Shown here: one piece after another, positions 50,501 through 62,005 of the stretch
Layout of the letters: the number at the start of each line of letters is the position of its first letter
Numbering within the stretch: the first letter of the stretch is position 1
Assembly (NCBI RefSeq): GCF_003704095.1
Contig: NW_020846609.1
Location: 62,001 to 126,000, forward strand
DNA: 64,000 nucleotides
Direction: 5' to 3'
Source: Pocillopora damicornis
Lineage: Eukaryota
The notes under the pieces: generated by a model
The model's database searches: none
Seen by the model: only the letters and a program-made list of their open reading frames with translations
What the model was told of the DNA's origin: nothing
Position numbers and translations under genes: made by a program

Positions 50501-53500
50501 GTTCTTTGTAATCGTTTTCTGTTTCTTTTGTCTCACAGGGCAGTGGGTAAATTACCCGAGCTGGAGAAGCTACTGAGGGGCCAGGTAATACCACTAACTT
50601 AACTTCACTGCCATTGCGGTAACAGGTCGCAAAGATGCGCTTTTTTCTTTTTGGATACAACAAGAACGGTGATATCACTCAAACCTCGATATTGTAGACG
50701 AGGACAGTCCCAAAAGCTATGTAATTGGCATCCAATCGTGCTCTTTTCGAGATTTTCGCGCTTAGTTTTGGAAGTGGTCCTATGACGTGACCGATTAGTA
50801 ATCTAAGAGCGCTCCATTATCAGGTCTGGCAAGACTGACTATGGCTCTTGCCCTTGAAGAAGAGGAAGATCCACTTAGCGAATTTTTGCGTGCAAATGCA
50901 CTTCTCCTATGTTTTATACGGAAAGGCTAGTAAAACCGTTTGTGATTTGATATCAGGCACTCGTAACTTCCGCGCGCGATTTTTACAGTGGGTCCGCGCA
51001 GGGTTTTTTCCTCAGGAAACTAATCAAGAAAGACATAGAACCTTCAATTGTGCTTATTCAGTGAGAGGTTTTAATACATACTTGTGCTTCTTATAGCCTG
51101 GATTCGGAACTGGTGAAAGTAGTGAAACATCGTTGCAGCTATTTATTGTTGCGCTAGGGCGTCATCACGCATCACTGGTAAGTAAAACTTAGCTTACGGA
51201 GAAATTTTCAACTGAGTATCGAAAATAACCACCTATTGCATTTGTTCTATTTTCCTACGTTGTGTTGTTCATTAAGAAAACTCATGACACTTTTTCAACC
51301 AATCAGAAACAGAACCCAAACCAATGACAATGTGTTCAGCGGCTCTTTCCCGCGCTTGAGCCCGATTGGCTCTTGGTGATGTCTAGCTTTATTTTGATTG
51401 GCTGTCGTGATTACTATAAATTTAGGTCCCATGACGTTTAATCGGCATGCGGCCCCATAGTTATTGATAAAAGAACAGTTAACTATCTTACTTATGAATT
51501 GTGGAAACTTCTGGAATTACTAAAATTAATAATTTTTGCCCAACGCGGAATTTCCCAGACGAATACATAACTGTTTCCACTATGTCTACAGACAAAGTTT
51601 GACGACTCAATCCAGTTCCGCGAGACAGTGCAGAGATACCTGGGTGACGTCATCAAGTATGTTGACCACGTGCTAAAAGATGTTGGACCTGCGAATCTAC
51701 TGAGGTAAGTAACGAAAATACTACCTGCCCCATATGCTACAAAAATACCTGGGAAAAGCTCCGGGCATGCGCAGTTGTGGACCTCCAAGCTCCTTAGTCT
51801 TTATTGAAATAAAAGGCACTCTGCTGTGACAACCACGACGAAAGAGGTTTTACCACAAACACGCATTCCACTGATACATGGTTTTTAAATATTGACGGAT
51901 CGTATTTTCAAAACACGTCTTTAGAAGTGATCGTTAAAATGATTACCAGTAACTTAAAATGTGAACAAACAACGAATAGCGTAAAAGCTTTTCTCTGCGA
52001 ACATGTTCATGAAAGGCTGACTGTGAGTCACGAATCAACAAAGTCTCTTCATTTGAAAATCTGTATGTTCTTGTACTTGCTATAATTTCAAGGTGGTTCC
52101 ATTTAATAGTATGATCAGTTTAGGTAAAATGTTAAGGTAAAAATGTGTGAGGTAATCAGTGGTGAGACTATTTGTATGTTTTTTGATAGGATTGCATATC
52201 ATGTTGCTGGACTTCTGACCAAGCATTGTTATAAGATCATTTACAGCCGGGTAAGGCGTTAGTACCGTTTTTTAGAATAACTTGAAATTTTACAGATCTT
52301 TTCACGCAATCAAAGTTGCTATTAACCTTATTTGAAGGTTGAATGACTTTCGTCTTCTGTGCAATCTCTCTTTATTATTTTCAGACTCAACCCAGATGTC
52401 TTTTTCCTCGGTTGGTTGACCAATTTGTTCTCCCACTCCCTAACAGCAAGAAACCTGTTGCACCTTTGGTCATGCAGTGTATCAAAGCACACTTACATCA
52501 GGTATTTGGATCAAAGTATTCGAGTAATTCCCAATTTAGTACCGAAAGAAATTTGAGATTTCATTGGTTTTTCTCTACTTCCCACCGTGATTGGTCAAGA
52601 AAACTCGCAAACAATCAAATACAACCTCGACTGAGTCTCGTTGTCGTGCGCTTGAGTTCCCATGGTTGGCTACGTGAGGTATTTTAAACATTCGCAGTTT
52701 ATAATTGTGTTTTTTTTTCGCAGTTTCTACAGGGTCTTGCCTGCCTAGATTTCAAGAGAGATGAATTTATACGGAGAAAGATTAAACAAATATTCATCTC
52801 GTACTTTCGGCTTTTCAACCAGGTAAGAGCAACTTTCATTCAACCGAAAGAACGCGCTAAAGAAAGTTTGTTTGCCCAGGCTATATAAAAGGTGTGAGCA
52901 TTGCAGTTATTAAAATGGAATATTTTTGATACTTCTTACATCGCAATTTTCAAGTCTTCGCGGTCATTTATGGTTGTTGCAACAACCGACGAGAACGTCA
53001 ATGGTGTAGTATTGGACTTTAAATTTTTCAACCAACCAAAGCAATTTGGCTCCTCGCCCTTACATTCTAGACCGACTTAGCTTTTAGAAGTAATTTTTCA
53101 ATTTGTTGAAATTATTTTTTGTCACAGATTTTGCCTTCGTCCTCTCAGGCGGCCAATATTCCGACTAAGAATCCTTTTCTGGTATGTTAACTTGCTCATT
53201 TACTATCTATGGGTTGTTACATATTCAATTTTTTTTCGATATTATTAGATGTTTTTTTGCATGCATATCACCGCGGAATGACGACAGAAAGTTTACGCAT
53301 GACAATTACGGCAAGGAAACTTTAAAGAGCTTCCATCTTGAATCATAAAACTTATATTTTCCAAGTTGGTAGGTTGCAATTTGTTGTAATTTTATCTGTT
53401 CTGAATTTTCCTTTTTTGTTTTGAGTATATGCTTCCCTCGGTGGTTTTGAATCTCACCAAACTAGCTGGTTTCCCGCAAGTTCGACGCGATTTTGAACGT

Positions 53501-56500
53501 CACTAAAAGGAGGCCACATATTGTAGCGTATTTTCTTTCCTTCTCATTCACGGCAAATGGTTCTTTTTTTTCTTCCTTTCTTTTATTTCTTCTGAATTGA
53601 TACATGGACTGAAGGAGAAGTGAACAAAATAATGTTTAACTTTTACCTTCAGCTGTTATCGCAAACGTCATGCACAACAATAATTCTGAGTGCTCTCTCT
53701 GTGGACTTTCCACAGGTAGTTCTCAAAGGATCATGTTTAACCAATCCTGCACCTGAGAACAGGTTTGTGAAACAGGAAGGAAGCTATAAATAGCTCATTT
53801 CTTTACATCATTTATGAAAGACACTCATTGCACTCACACGGCTTCCATTCTACATTCGCGAAAAATTATGAAGTCTTTGTAATCTTTTCTTAGCGATTGC
53901 CATTACGAACTTGAGTGTCGTAAAACCAAACTAAGTCATTAACAATGGCTAATCTGAGCAAAGGAAATTGTCATCAGGGAGCTTGTGAGAACTTAAAATA
54001 AAAGCAAGCAACATTCCCACCAAATTGTCTGAAGGGCGGGAAAACGCGAAGGATCAAGTTTCGATTGGTGTTAGTTTTACATCTGATTGGATAAGAATGC
54101 GTCGTGAGTGTGCTTGTCCAATCACAGGGCGTAGTGAAGAAAACCCCTTGCAATCCTTATTGTCTACAATAAATGAAAATTGCTCCCATGCGAGAAGCAC
54201 AATGGAAATTCTGAAACATAAAAAAAATATTGGGAATATTCTGTCCAGTGTTTAGACTTGCGAATGTACATAAAGATCAACAACTTTTTTTAGAAGGTGT
54301 AAGTTCCGAGAATGTTGTTAATGCTTTCGTTCTATAAAATCGTTCTATTTTTTCACTGTAGCGAATTCCGCCAATTCGTTGTGGAGATCATTCAAGAGAA
54401 TTTCTTGTGCCTTCCACAGCAGCCTGCGAATCTAGCGACTGTAAGTTCCTTATTCAAATGTTGTTATAGATAAGTTCTTATAAGGTAAACTTTAGAAGAA
54501 ATGATATCAAAGGATTGTTGTTTAACTATTCGGTTTGCGACCTTTTTTTCAGACTTTGTCCTTTTTGGAGCAGTTATTTAGGAAAACGCTCTTTTCTTCT
54601 GAGACAGCAAGGTACTAGCAACTGATTTGTAGACATTCTTCTTTACAATTATCTTTTTGATTAATTCCTCATTTTCCTTTCTTATGGACAATAAGTTTCA
54701 CAATGAAACGGGTTCGTTTCAATATGCTCTGTTTTTAAAGGGGCAGCGACTGAAACGAATGAAAACTTAAAGGGGCTGTGTGCTCAATCGTTTCGAAAAG
54801 TCACTTTCCTAGAATTCATTGTGGATAAAGAAACCCTTCCTTCCCTCCCTCCATCCCCCTCACACGACCTCTGAAGACGAGGTTGGAATGCACACAATCT
54901 AGATCGGTCCATTGGCAAACCAGGAACTAGTCTGAAACATTTTAGACCCTGTGCGCGTGAAAGTAACGGCGAGGAAATATGTCAAATTTAATCTTCTTCT
55001 CCTTTAAGGATCGAACAGATAAATTCAGGGAAGGAAATCGTAGCCAGCTAAACGGAGAACAAAATGGATAATTTTTCTAATTTTTCCATTGCAGAAACAC
55101 CCCAGTTTTGCTGGAATCCATCATGTTTTGTTTACTAACGTGTAATCAGTTTACCGCGGGAAACGAACCCCCCGAGATAAGAAGGCAAGGTAAAGGATTT
55201 CAAACATAATGGTAATTGGGTTATCTTCTTGTTTAATACACTTGAGATGAAGTAAAATAGTTTCTCGTGGTGTAGTCACCCCCGAGCTGGACCGCGGAAT
55301 GTCGAATGCATGCTGTGAATCCTAAAGTAAGGTTGTTTTATTTTTTCTGGTGTGTGGGGGGGAGGGGAGGGGAGGGGAGGGGAGGGGAAGGTAAATATTT
55401 AAAAAAGAGCTCTTGTCGATATAGGCTAAAGTAATGAAATTTTTATTGTTGTAATATGCATGTATGTATGTATGTATCCAGGTGGTAAGTTTCTAAAGAA
55501 ACTGTGATGCTGTGTCGTAGGAGAGTATAACAGGGGCTAACGTTCGACATGTCAGCCTTTAAACTCTTTAAGATGGCCAATTTCCGTTATCAACCCAGTT
55601 GATAATACTAAATATATATCAGCTTTATTTATAGAGGGTGACAAAAGCCAATTAAAAACTGAAAAAAAACTTGCAGTTCTCAGTATCTTTTCTTAATGTA
55701 CTCATTGTTTGCATGTTTAGATTTGAGGAGGCGAACATCAGACATCAAGACATTTAGACATTACTGGAAAATATGATGCAATAGAGCTGTTACAATTTTG
55801 TAAAGATAGTGAAACACTTTTTCCTGATCGTTTTCCCGGTTACGATGAAATAAAGTAAATAATAACAATAATGGCTGCGGATGGACAAGTGTGATACATG
55901 TTGTGGCAAATGGGAATAGTTGCTGACGGGTGAATTTTTAAACAGGCATATATTATAGTGAATCTCCTTTCGTTTCTTCTTTCATTTCAGCCACTGAAAT
56001 CTTACGTTTGATGGTTGGAGCTTGTACGAAAACGCTGGAAATGAACTCCAGGTAAGGAATGAACTTTTTGTTCCCTTAACGGACGTTTCTTTTTTTTTTT
56101 AAGGATTAAAAAGTTTGTGTATTTAGAGGGTAATGTTGACATTTTGAGGTGATTTCTTTGTTTTTTTCAGGGAAGTTCTGTTGCCTCACTTAAGAAATTT
56201 CTTGTACAGTAAAATCACTCTGTACCAGGTGAGATTGTCTGAGATTACAGCTATGGACAAAAATAACAACTACGTAGGAAAAATAACAAACATAACGTGC
56301 TATTTTCCATTTGTTTCTTTTATGATAAGGCTTTTCTTATCAGCTGTGGGTGTCACGGGTTCAATCGTGATCAATAGGCATGTTCTCCTTACTATTCTCT
56401 ATACATTTGCTAAGGTCCTGACGAGAGGAATTTGTTTAACAGTCAAGAGACCCTTTAGTTGGTAATCGTTTCTTTTACTCTCGTGACCTTAACGTTTGAT

Positions 56501-57127
56501 TCAGGGGTGAGATATTGTAAGGAGAAATAAGATGCCAGTCACTCATAGGGTGAAAGGGTTCATTAACTGGAAGCTGATGAAAGGAAAAAATTTGAATGTT
56601 TTTGCCTGTTACTGACGTTTGTCGACATTTCATTTCCGCGCATTTTTTAACTGACGTAGTAAAACCTTACGCACTACTCTTCTTTTTTCAGGGTTTAGTG
56701 TTTAAAACACTTGAAACACTTGTCCCCTTCGACTCAGACCTCGTCACGGCGTTGATACCCGCCTGTAAACAGGCTGTGATACAGCTCGAACAGAAGAGGG
56801 GCGTGGGAACTGACATGCAATTGAGGTAAGCTGATTACTCATAGTGTACAGCCGCACCTCCCCCACCCCCCACCCCACCCTCCAATTTTCTTTTGAAGAG
56901 TAGGGGTGGCTGTACACAGGCTAATTACTCAAAAATACTTTATGGAAAAACTTTATTTCTTACGAATCCCTTGCATTATTAGGATCAAGTTTCATTATTT
57001 TTGTCTTTTTGCATTGTGCTGTAGATCTTCGTTTAAGTCATTTCTGAGTAAACTTGGACACAGCGGCGGAGAGGCAATCAAAGATTTCGAGAAGGAAGAT
57101 ACGGACACAACATTGAATGTATCCTGA
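26520..57127 (+). CDS. MMS22L: MMS22-like replication-fork repair protein, about 39 exons (first 26520-26682; exon 6 30078-30343; exon 7 42185-42300; last 57025-57127)
   Basis: Phase-compatible GT-AG exons give HLFHLHLELNW, LWDLIALA, PCGCVGELWIMLIHLMDH, FCWWLLTH and WKQMKGRFYSKFHKRRMEELNITGLHHFITLFL, collinear with vertebrate MMS22L as I recall it. Confidence 0.9.
30882..30981. other. Assembly gap (100 N)
   Basis: Run of exactly 100 N; true size unknown. Confidence 1.
32021..33250 (-). CDS. Nested antisense gene, single coding exon, 409 aa, tandem Vps62/DUF946-like domains
   Basis: Four sub-repeats IYRPDCPPGYCMLGD, FWKPKVPNLNYVALGH, VYLPQAPIGYSPLGH and VWRPVPPPGYFCLGH; a splice acceptor (ttttgttttaag) lies 5 nt upstream of the ATG. 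Confidence 0.85.
   Translation of the reverse strand: MAVAGIGMMIISIATKIYTDPHGQGLTIYRPDCPPGYCMLGDYAQEGDISKPNPSVMVCIKIKHTKFFAKAKDFVQVWSSEGPGSGRGYSGDSDDEGSSDGNNGSGSGHNGVLAFWKPKVPNLNYVALGHLATTSYDPPSVGNVCIVHRLMVDQGIPGRRVWREESGMASLWSLAPSYSYINLGLFLSSDSKSAPHISDFWSLIPEVIPAPFNASLSIKKLNKDELALIYRGQECEESKRLSVYLPQAPIGYSPLGHYAERGYGRAGQGAKVLVVKEKGNKGLLMHPITYQELWRSDAKNNNTEAAVWRPVPPPGYFCLGHVLGLGLEAPPTNAIVCLHWSVIARGWPERSKKVWWNTCSQKKEATIWQVPGLGDCLSADTFVIHRGFNSPHWEELLFHCFYLNRVSVR
39472..39610 (+). mobile_element. Degenerate tRNA-derived SINE
   Basis: TGGTCCAGTGGTTTAGG A box and decayed GTTCCAATCC B box. Confidence 0.55.
39657..40140. mobile_element. Degenerate DNA-transposon/MITE remnant
   Basis: Inverted subterminal blocks GCGGTTACCGG...CTATC and GATAG...CCGGTTACCGC; CAGGG start. 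Confidence 0.45.
41190..42020 (+). mobile_element. Non-autonomous Crypton-like (tyrosine recombinase) element remnant; boundaries approximate
   Basis: 41659-41752 translates, across a deletion/frameshift, to FTNHGVRTTAI ... IMAISGHRSEASLRNY, the HxxR / H / Y catalytic boxes. Confidence 0.7.
44125..44355. repeat. Interspersed repeat family (GATTGG..AGAAAACT.GCG..CAATCAG); other copies at ~43350, 51270, 52590 and inverted at ~42690, 54030
   Basis: At least five similar intronic copies in both orientations. Confidence 0.7.
49700..50260. repeat. 20-bp minisatellite, consensus about GGAGGGTTCCGTCTAATTTC, roughly 25 degenerate copies
   Basis: Clear 20-nt periodicity inside an MMS22L intron. Confidence 0.92.
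56840..56923. mobile_element. Short palindromic MITE
   Basis: GTGTACAGCCGC...GTGGCTGTACAC inverted ends. Confidence 0.6.
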
Positions 57128-58205
57128 TAGCAATGGTTTTAAGAGAAGTGATCAGTTGACACAAATGCCCTGGAGAAGGACTTTACGAAAGCGGAAGAGG
57201 AATTAAAGGCAACTGCGACAGTCGACGAAGTGATTAATGTTTTGGCTCATAGTGAAGAACACGTTAAAAAAAAAAATTTTCGTAAAAAGATATACAGAAA
57301 AAAATGAGAGTGAATGAAGTAACTATTATTTTCTCTAGCCTCATTATTAGCCCATGTCACATTTCACGTCGTGGAAAATTTAATAATTTCGGGCATGAAA
57401 CAGTTGATATGCATAATGGGAGAGCTCACTGCGGTGAAAAATCGTGTTTTTATTTCTACTAATTGTATTCCAAAACCTACGGTAAAATAATGAATCTCTG
57501 TCTTTAGAGCAATTTTTGGGGCGAAGGACTACACTCTTTTTCTTCTTGAATTCCACCCATTCACTAAAGTTAACCCCCTGAAAATTATTTTTCAGGAACT
57601 ATAAGAAGTATACTTTAGTGATGGTAAAATAAATCAGATAACTTAGATACATCTTTGAAGTTAAACCACTTGAAAACTGTCCAAATTTGCCATCAGGAAT
57701 ACGGTGCCGCTTAAGACAGGTTTGACTGTAACCGTTTCCCTCCCTCTCCCCCTCCCCACCCCTTCGCCTCGTATAAAAAGAATTGAACGGTCAAAATACA
57801 TGAATCACACCCGAAAGAAAACTCTGTGGTCCTGTCCTTGCCCATTGTCCATGGGCAAGTTACTGGAAAATTCCTCTTCCTTTGGATTAGCTCGCGTCCA
57901 GCTCCAGTCGCGTCGAACAAAGACTAACTCTGTGGCACTTGGAACGTCTTCGTCCACAATAATGGTTCTATATCGTGAGAAAAATGACGAAACGTTCGCT
58001 GGGGAAATTTTGTTCGATCCTACCAATGTATTGCGAAGAACGATTTCAGTCGTGACTCGACTGAACAAAAATATAACGTGACTCATCAGGTCAGCTGTCA
58101 ACATGAAAGTAACCAATACCGGGCCGTCAGTGTGACGCTGCAAAAATTTATAGTCGTACCGTGACTGTTATAAGAGCTGAGTTTGCTTTTTTTTTTCGTG
58201 GAGAA

Positions 58206-60573
58206 ATGGCTCACTTTTCGAAAGGATCTGACAAGCCGGCGCTGAAAGGCGAGAGCCTTCGCCTTTACAGTATGAGATTCTGTCCATTTGCACAGGTAAA
58301 GTACATCGTGTCTGAGGCAACGTAGTTCGTAGGCGCTTTGAATGTTTCTTTTACGACTGTTTCATTCACTTGTTTGCGTGCGCGGCACATCATCGTGTTT
58401 TGTGTTTTTTGTTTGGTGCTTGTCTTTATTTTCGATCGTTTGGCACATTCTAGCAAGCTTCCGTAATAAGCCATCATTTCCATATTTCATTGTGGTTTGA
58501 GTTTTATTCATCTCGGTGATTTATTTGCAGAGAGCACGACTTGTATTAGCAGCAAAAGGAATCGAGTACGAATGTGTGAACGTCAATTTGATGGATAAAC
58601 CAGAATGGTTTGTCGAAATGAACCCAGCTGGAGCTGTCCCAGTGATCGAACTGCCTGATGGAAAGGTTCTTTATGAATCTGCGATATGCTGCGGTTGGTA
58701 AAATGTTTTTTGGTTGCTGTTGTTGCTTTTGTTTCGCGCTCCTTAGTGTTTAATTAATGAGAAAGACGCTAAAGGAACGCACGATTCTTATCTCACTTTC
58801 CGGCCTATGATTGCAGAACCGATCGAAAAAACGGTCCAAATTTGATTTGCCAAAAAATTGTAGGAAACTCTGAAGCTCTCATAGAAACTCTGCATGGTTT
58901 AAAATTTCCGACTGTGAACTTGTGTGGCCAATCTCGGCAACCATTGGTAAACTAATTGGTGTCCCCAATTAGCTAATCTATAGCTAAAAACATTGACACG
59001 TTAATTAAGTTTTCATTCATTCAATACTTCAACAGTTTTTTAAAGTTTCTCCTGCTTCACTTCACAAAACCTTTTGGAACTTTTCATAGAGACAACATAA
59101 TAGGCCAAATGATCATAAATGTAGCCCTTTCATTCTCACCTAATATTTAAGGAGCAAGCCCTTTTTAGTTCTAACTTTTTCTCAAGCTGAACTTTCTTCA
59201 GACCCTTTGTCAACTCCTTGTTAATTTTGTTTACTTAGAATTTTTGGAGGATTTTTATCCAGAGAAGGAACATCTATTTCCAAAAGATCTAGTTGAAAAA
59301 CACAAGCAGAGAATAATGGTTGAAGTTTTGGGAAGCAAGGTATGATTGATCTTTATTAAAGCTGTTTTATATAATAAATGGTACTAAGTTTGAATCACAT
59401 AGCAAAGACTTGGACATGGCAAATGGCAGGTGGCAGAATTTTTAAATTTAGTTATTGGGAATGATTAGCATATGTATTATTTTTTTTAGTTGATTCCTGC
59501 TTATTATAAAGAGATGCTGGGTAACGGAAGTCCTGAAACAGTGGCAGAACTAAATAAACATCTGACTGCTTTTGAAAAAGAATTGAATGGAAAAAAATTT
59601 GTTGGAGGTGGGTCATGAAATAAACTACACCTGACAACTTTTTCTTATGTCAGAAGAGTGTGATTAGAATATATTTCTTGAATTTCTAATGGAAATCCAA
59701 AAACTTTTGAACTTTACTGCAGAAGTCATTCTGACAATTTCTAAATGTGGCTGAAAGATCCCCATACATTTTCAACTGAAGTCCAAACATTTTTTCATTT
59801 AACAATGCTAAGTATCCAGTCTAATTTGGCAGGTATATATTTCCAGAGTAAAATTTTTCTTCTGGAAAATTGACAACAAAGGCAATTAAACTCACACAGA
59901 TCAATATTTATCAATCTGTATCTGCCAGTTTCACTGACACAAGGGTAAATAATTTTTTCACATTCATACCACACGGAAACTGAAAAATTAGTTTATTTTT
60001 GTCATTATTCTGAAAAATGGTACAAAACTAATCTCTCAACACAGGATGAAAAGTTCTTGTCAGTCAATTGCAAACTAGCCAATCAGCACATGTGAAAAGT
60101 ACTATTCACTTGTGTGGTGTACAATAATAAAAAAGTTATCCCAGTTTTTATAGTCTTTTCCTTTTAAAACAAAAATCCACTGAATTGTGCTTGGAGATTT
60201 TTACATTAAAAAACACATCAGACACATGACAAGATGTAGGACCTTAGAAACATAAGAAGAAAACTGGGTGTTTGGTTAATTTAAGTACTGGAATGTTGGG
60301 GGGAAAGTATCACACATAATAAAAATGCATGCATTCTTTCTTGTAACAGGTTGAAGTCCCAGCATGGCAGACTACCTCATGTGGCCATGGATTGAACGAC
60401 TCTATCTAATAACTGATCTCCTGAAGGGGTTCCCAGTGCTCTCAGCCTGGTGTGCGGCCATGAGTGAAGTGCCTGCTGTGAAGGAGTGCACTGTTCCGGC
60501 AGAATGGCACAAAAAGTTCTATGAAGGCTACAAAGCGAAAAATCCAGATGCACAGCTTGTTGGTCTTGAATGA
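58206..60573 (+). pseudogene. GSTO: Omega-class glutathione S-transferase copy 1 with in-frame TGA; exons 58206-58295, 58531-58693, 59239-59339, 59490-59607, 60350-60573
   Basis: [36 protein letters not shown] and DYLMWPWIERL; the exon 4/5 junction reads FVGG-TGA-SPSMAD. Family is certain, functional status is not. Confidence 0.75.
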
Positions 60574-61362
60574 AAAGCCTGAAACACAAATGTTAAACAC
60601 GATCCTAGAGATACCGACAATGTAGAAAGGATTCTGTGTTTATTAATGATCATGTAGCTGTGTACGAAACGAGAGAAATAAAAACTAAAGAAACAATCGT
60701 ATATTCAGTAACAAGGTTGAGAATATACTCTTAGTAAACGATGTTACCACCAGCGTAGAAGTTGAGTCGTTACTGTGTATCATTGTATGTAAATCATTCC
60801 ATAACGGTTAGTAAGCCATGAAAGCTGCTGTCCTTTGCATTTTTACGATGGTAGGCTGGGAACGACTAGAAATTCCAAATGTAGGACTATTACTTGGAAT
60901 AAGTGTGGATACACACATTGAAAATCTAATGAGCCGAAAACAGAGGGAAAAAAATTAATAAGGAAGAGTATACGATGAAAAATGTATCAAGCGCCTCCTA
61001 CATCTTGCAGCGGAAACTAGCGAGGGTTCTATCATCTTATCAGTCTTGCCACTTCCGTATACGTCAATTACGTTCACTGTCCTTTCGATACTTCTTTGAA
61101 CAAGTCATCTCATCAATGAACGTTCTGTTACACGAGCTAAAAGGCTTTGCCGAGAAGAGGTTTTAGACTTGGTTTCTCCCTCCCCCATCTTTGATAATCG
61201 TGATAACTTCTAATCATGAAATCTCTTGGTGAAATAACCCCCCTCCCACAAGCTGGTAAGACGTTAAGGTATGACTCCTAGGCGGACCCCTTCTGCAAAT
61301 TTGTCAGCTTTTCGTTTGTTTTGTATTTTTCCGCTGATGCATGATGAATGATTTGTGTGCAG

Positions 61363-61520
61363 AGAGTGCGACTTATGCTTGCAGCAAAAGGAATCGTGTA
61401 CGAATGTTTAAACATAACTTCATGTCTAGGTCAGACTGGTTTTTTTTAATGAATCCGCTTGGCAAGGTCCCAGTTATAGAGCTTCCTGGCGGAAAGGTCT
61501 CGTATGAGTCGGCAATAGTG
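61363..61520 (+). pseudogene. Orphan frameshifted GST-omega exon 2
   Basis: RVRLMLAAKGIVYECLNI, then a frameshift to [34 protein letters not shown]; AG and GT sites retained; no matching exon 1 or 3 seen. Confidence 0.85.
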
Positions 61521-61910
61521 GTAAGTAACCGTCACGAGGAGTGGAAATGTGTTGGCAAAAAATCCTTTTAAGAGATCCAAACTCGATCCTTAGTCGCTAT
61601 TAGCTAATTGTACGTGCAGTAGTGTTGTAGGATCTCTCACCCATCTTGTGCATGGATCGCTTCAGTATGGTGTATAACTACTTCCAAAAACTTGACTACG
61701 GTACGAGTGTCAAGTAATTAACTCACTATCGGGCAAAATAGTTGATAAAAAGAAGAATAAGATCGTTTGTTAATTGCTTATCTTTGCTTGTCAGTCGCAT
61801 GTAACTCTAAGTAGAGAAGTACGATAAGTGACGTGACAAGATCCTTATTGCACAGGTGCATGAAAATATTACGTGATCTCAAGCGTGCGTGACTCTAAAA
61901 TGCGTGACTG

Positions 61911-61954
61911 ATGACTGTGCAGGGACTGCGCAGTGACTGTGCAGTGACGGTGCA
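61911..61954 (+). promoter_or_regulatory. Tandem array of four 11-bp antioxidant response element (ARE)-like units
   Basis: ATGACTGTGCA GGGACTGCGCA GTGACTGTGCA GTGACGGTGCA; three match RTGACnnnGCA exactly; ends 51 bp before the GST ATG. Confidence 0.7.
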
Positions 61955-62005
61955 AACTCATTCGAAAGCAAACGTGCTCTGTGAGCTATCGTTCTGTGGA
62001 CTAAA

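Noticed and set aside
55476-55612. Repeat resembling Penelope-associated hammerhead-bearing elements (gggctaacgttcgacatgtcagc)
   Set aside because: CTGANGA and GAAA cores are missing; at most a dead relic
60574-60860. SECIS element supporting a selenocysteine GST
   Set aside because: The ATGA...GA candidates lack the helix and apical AA of a canonical SECIS by eye
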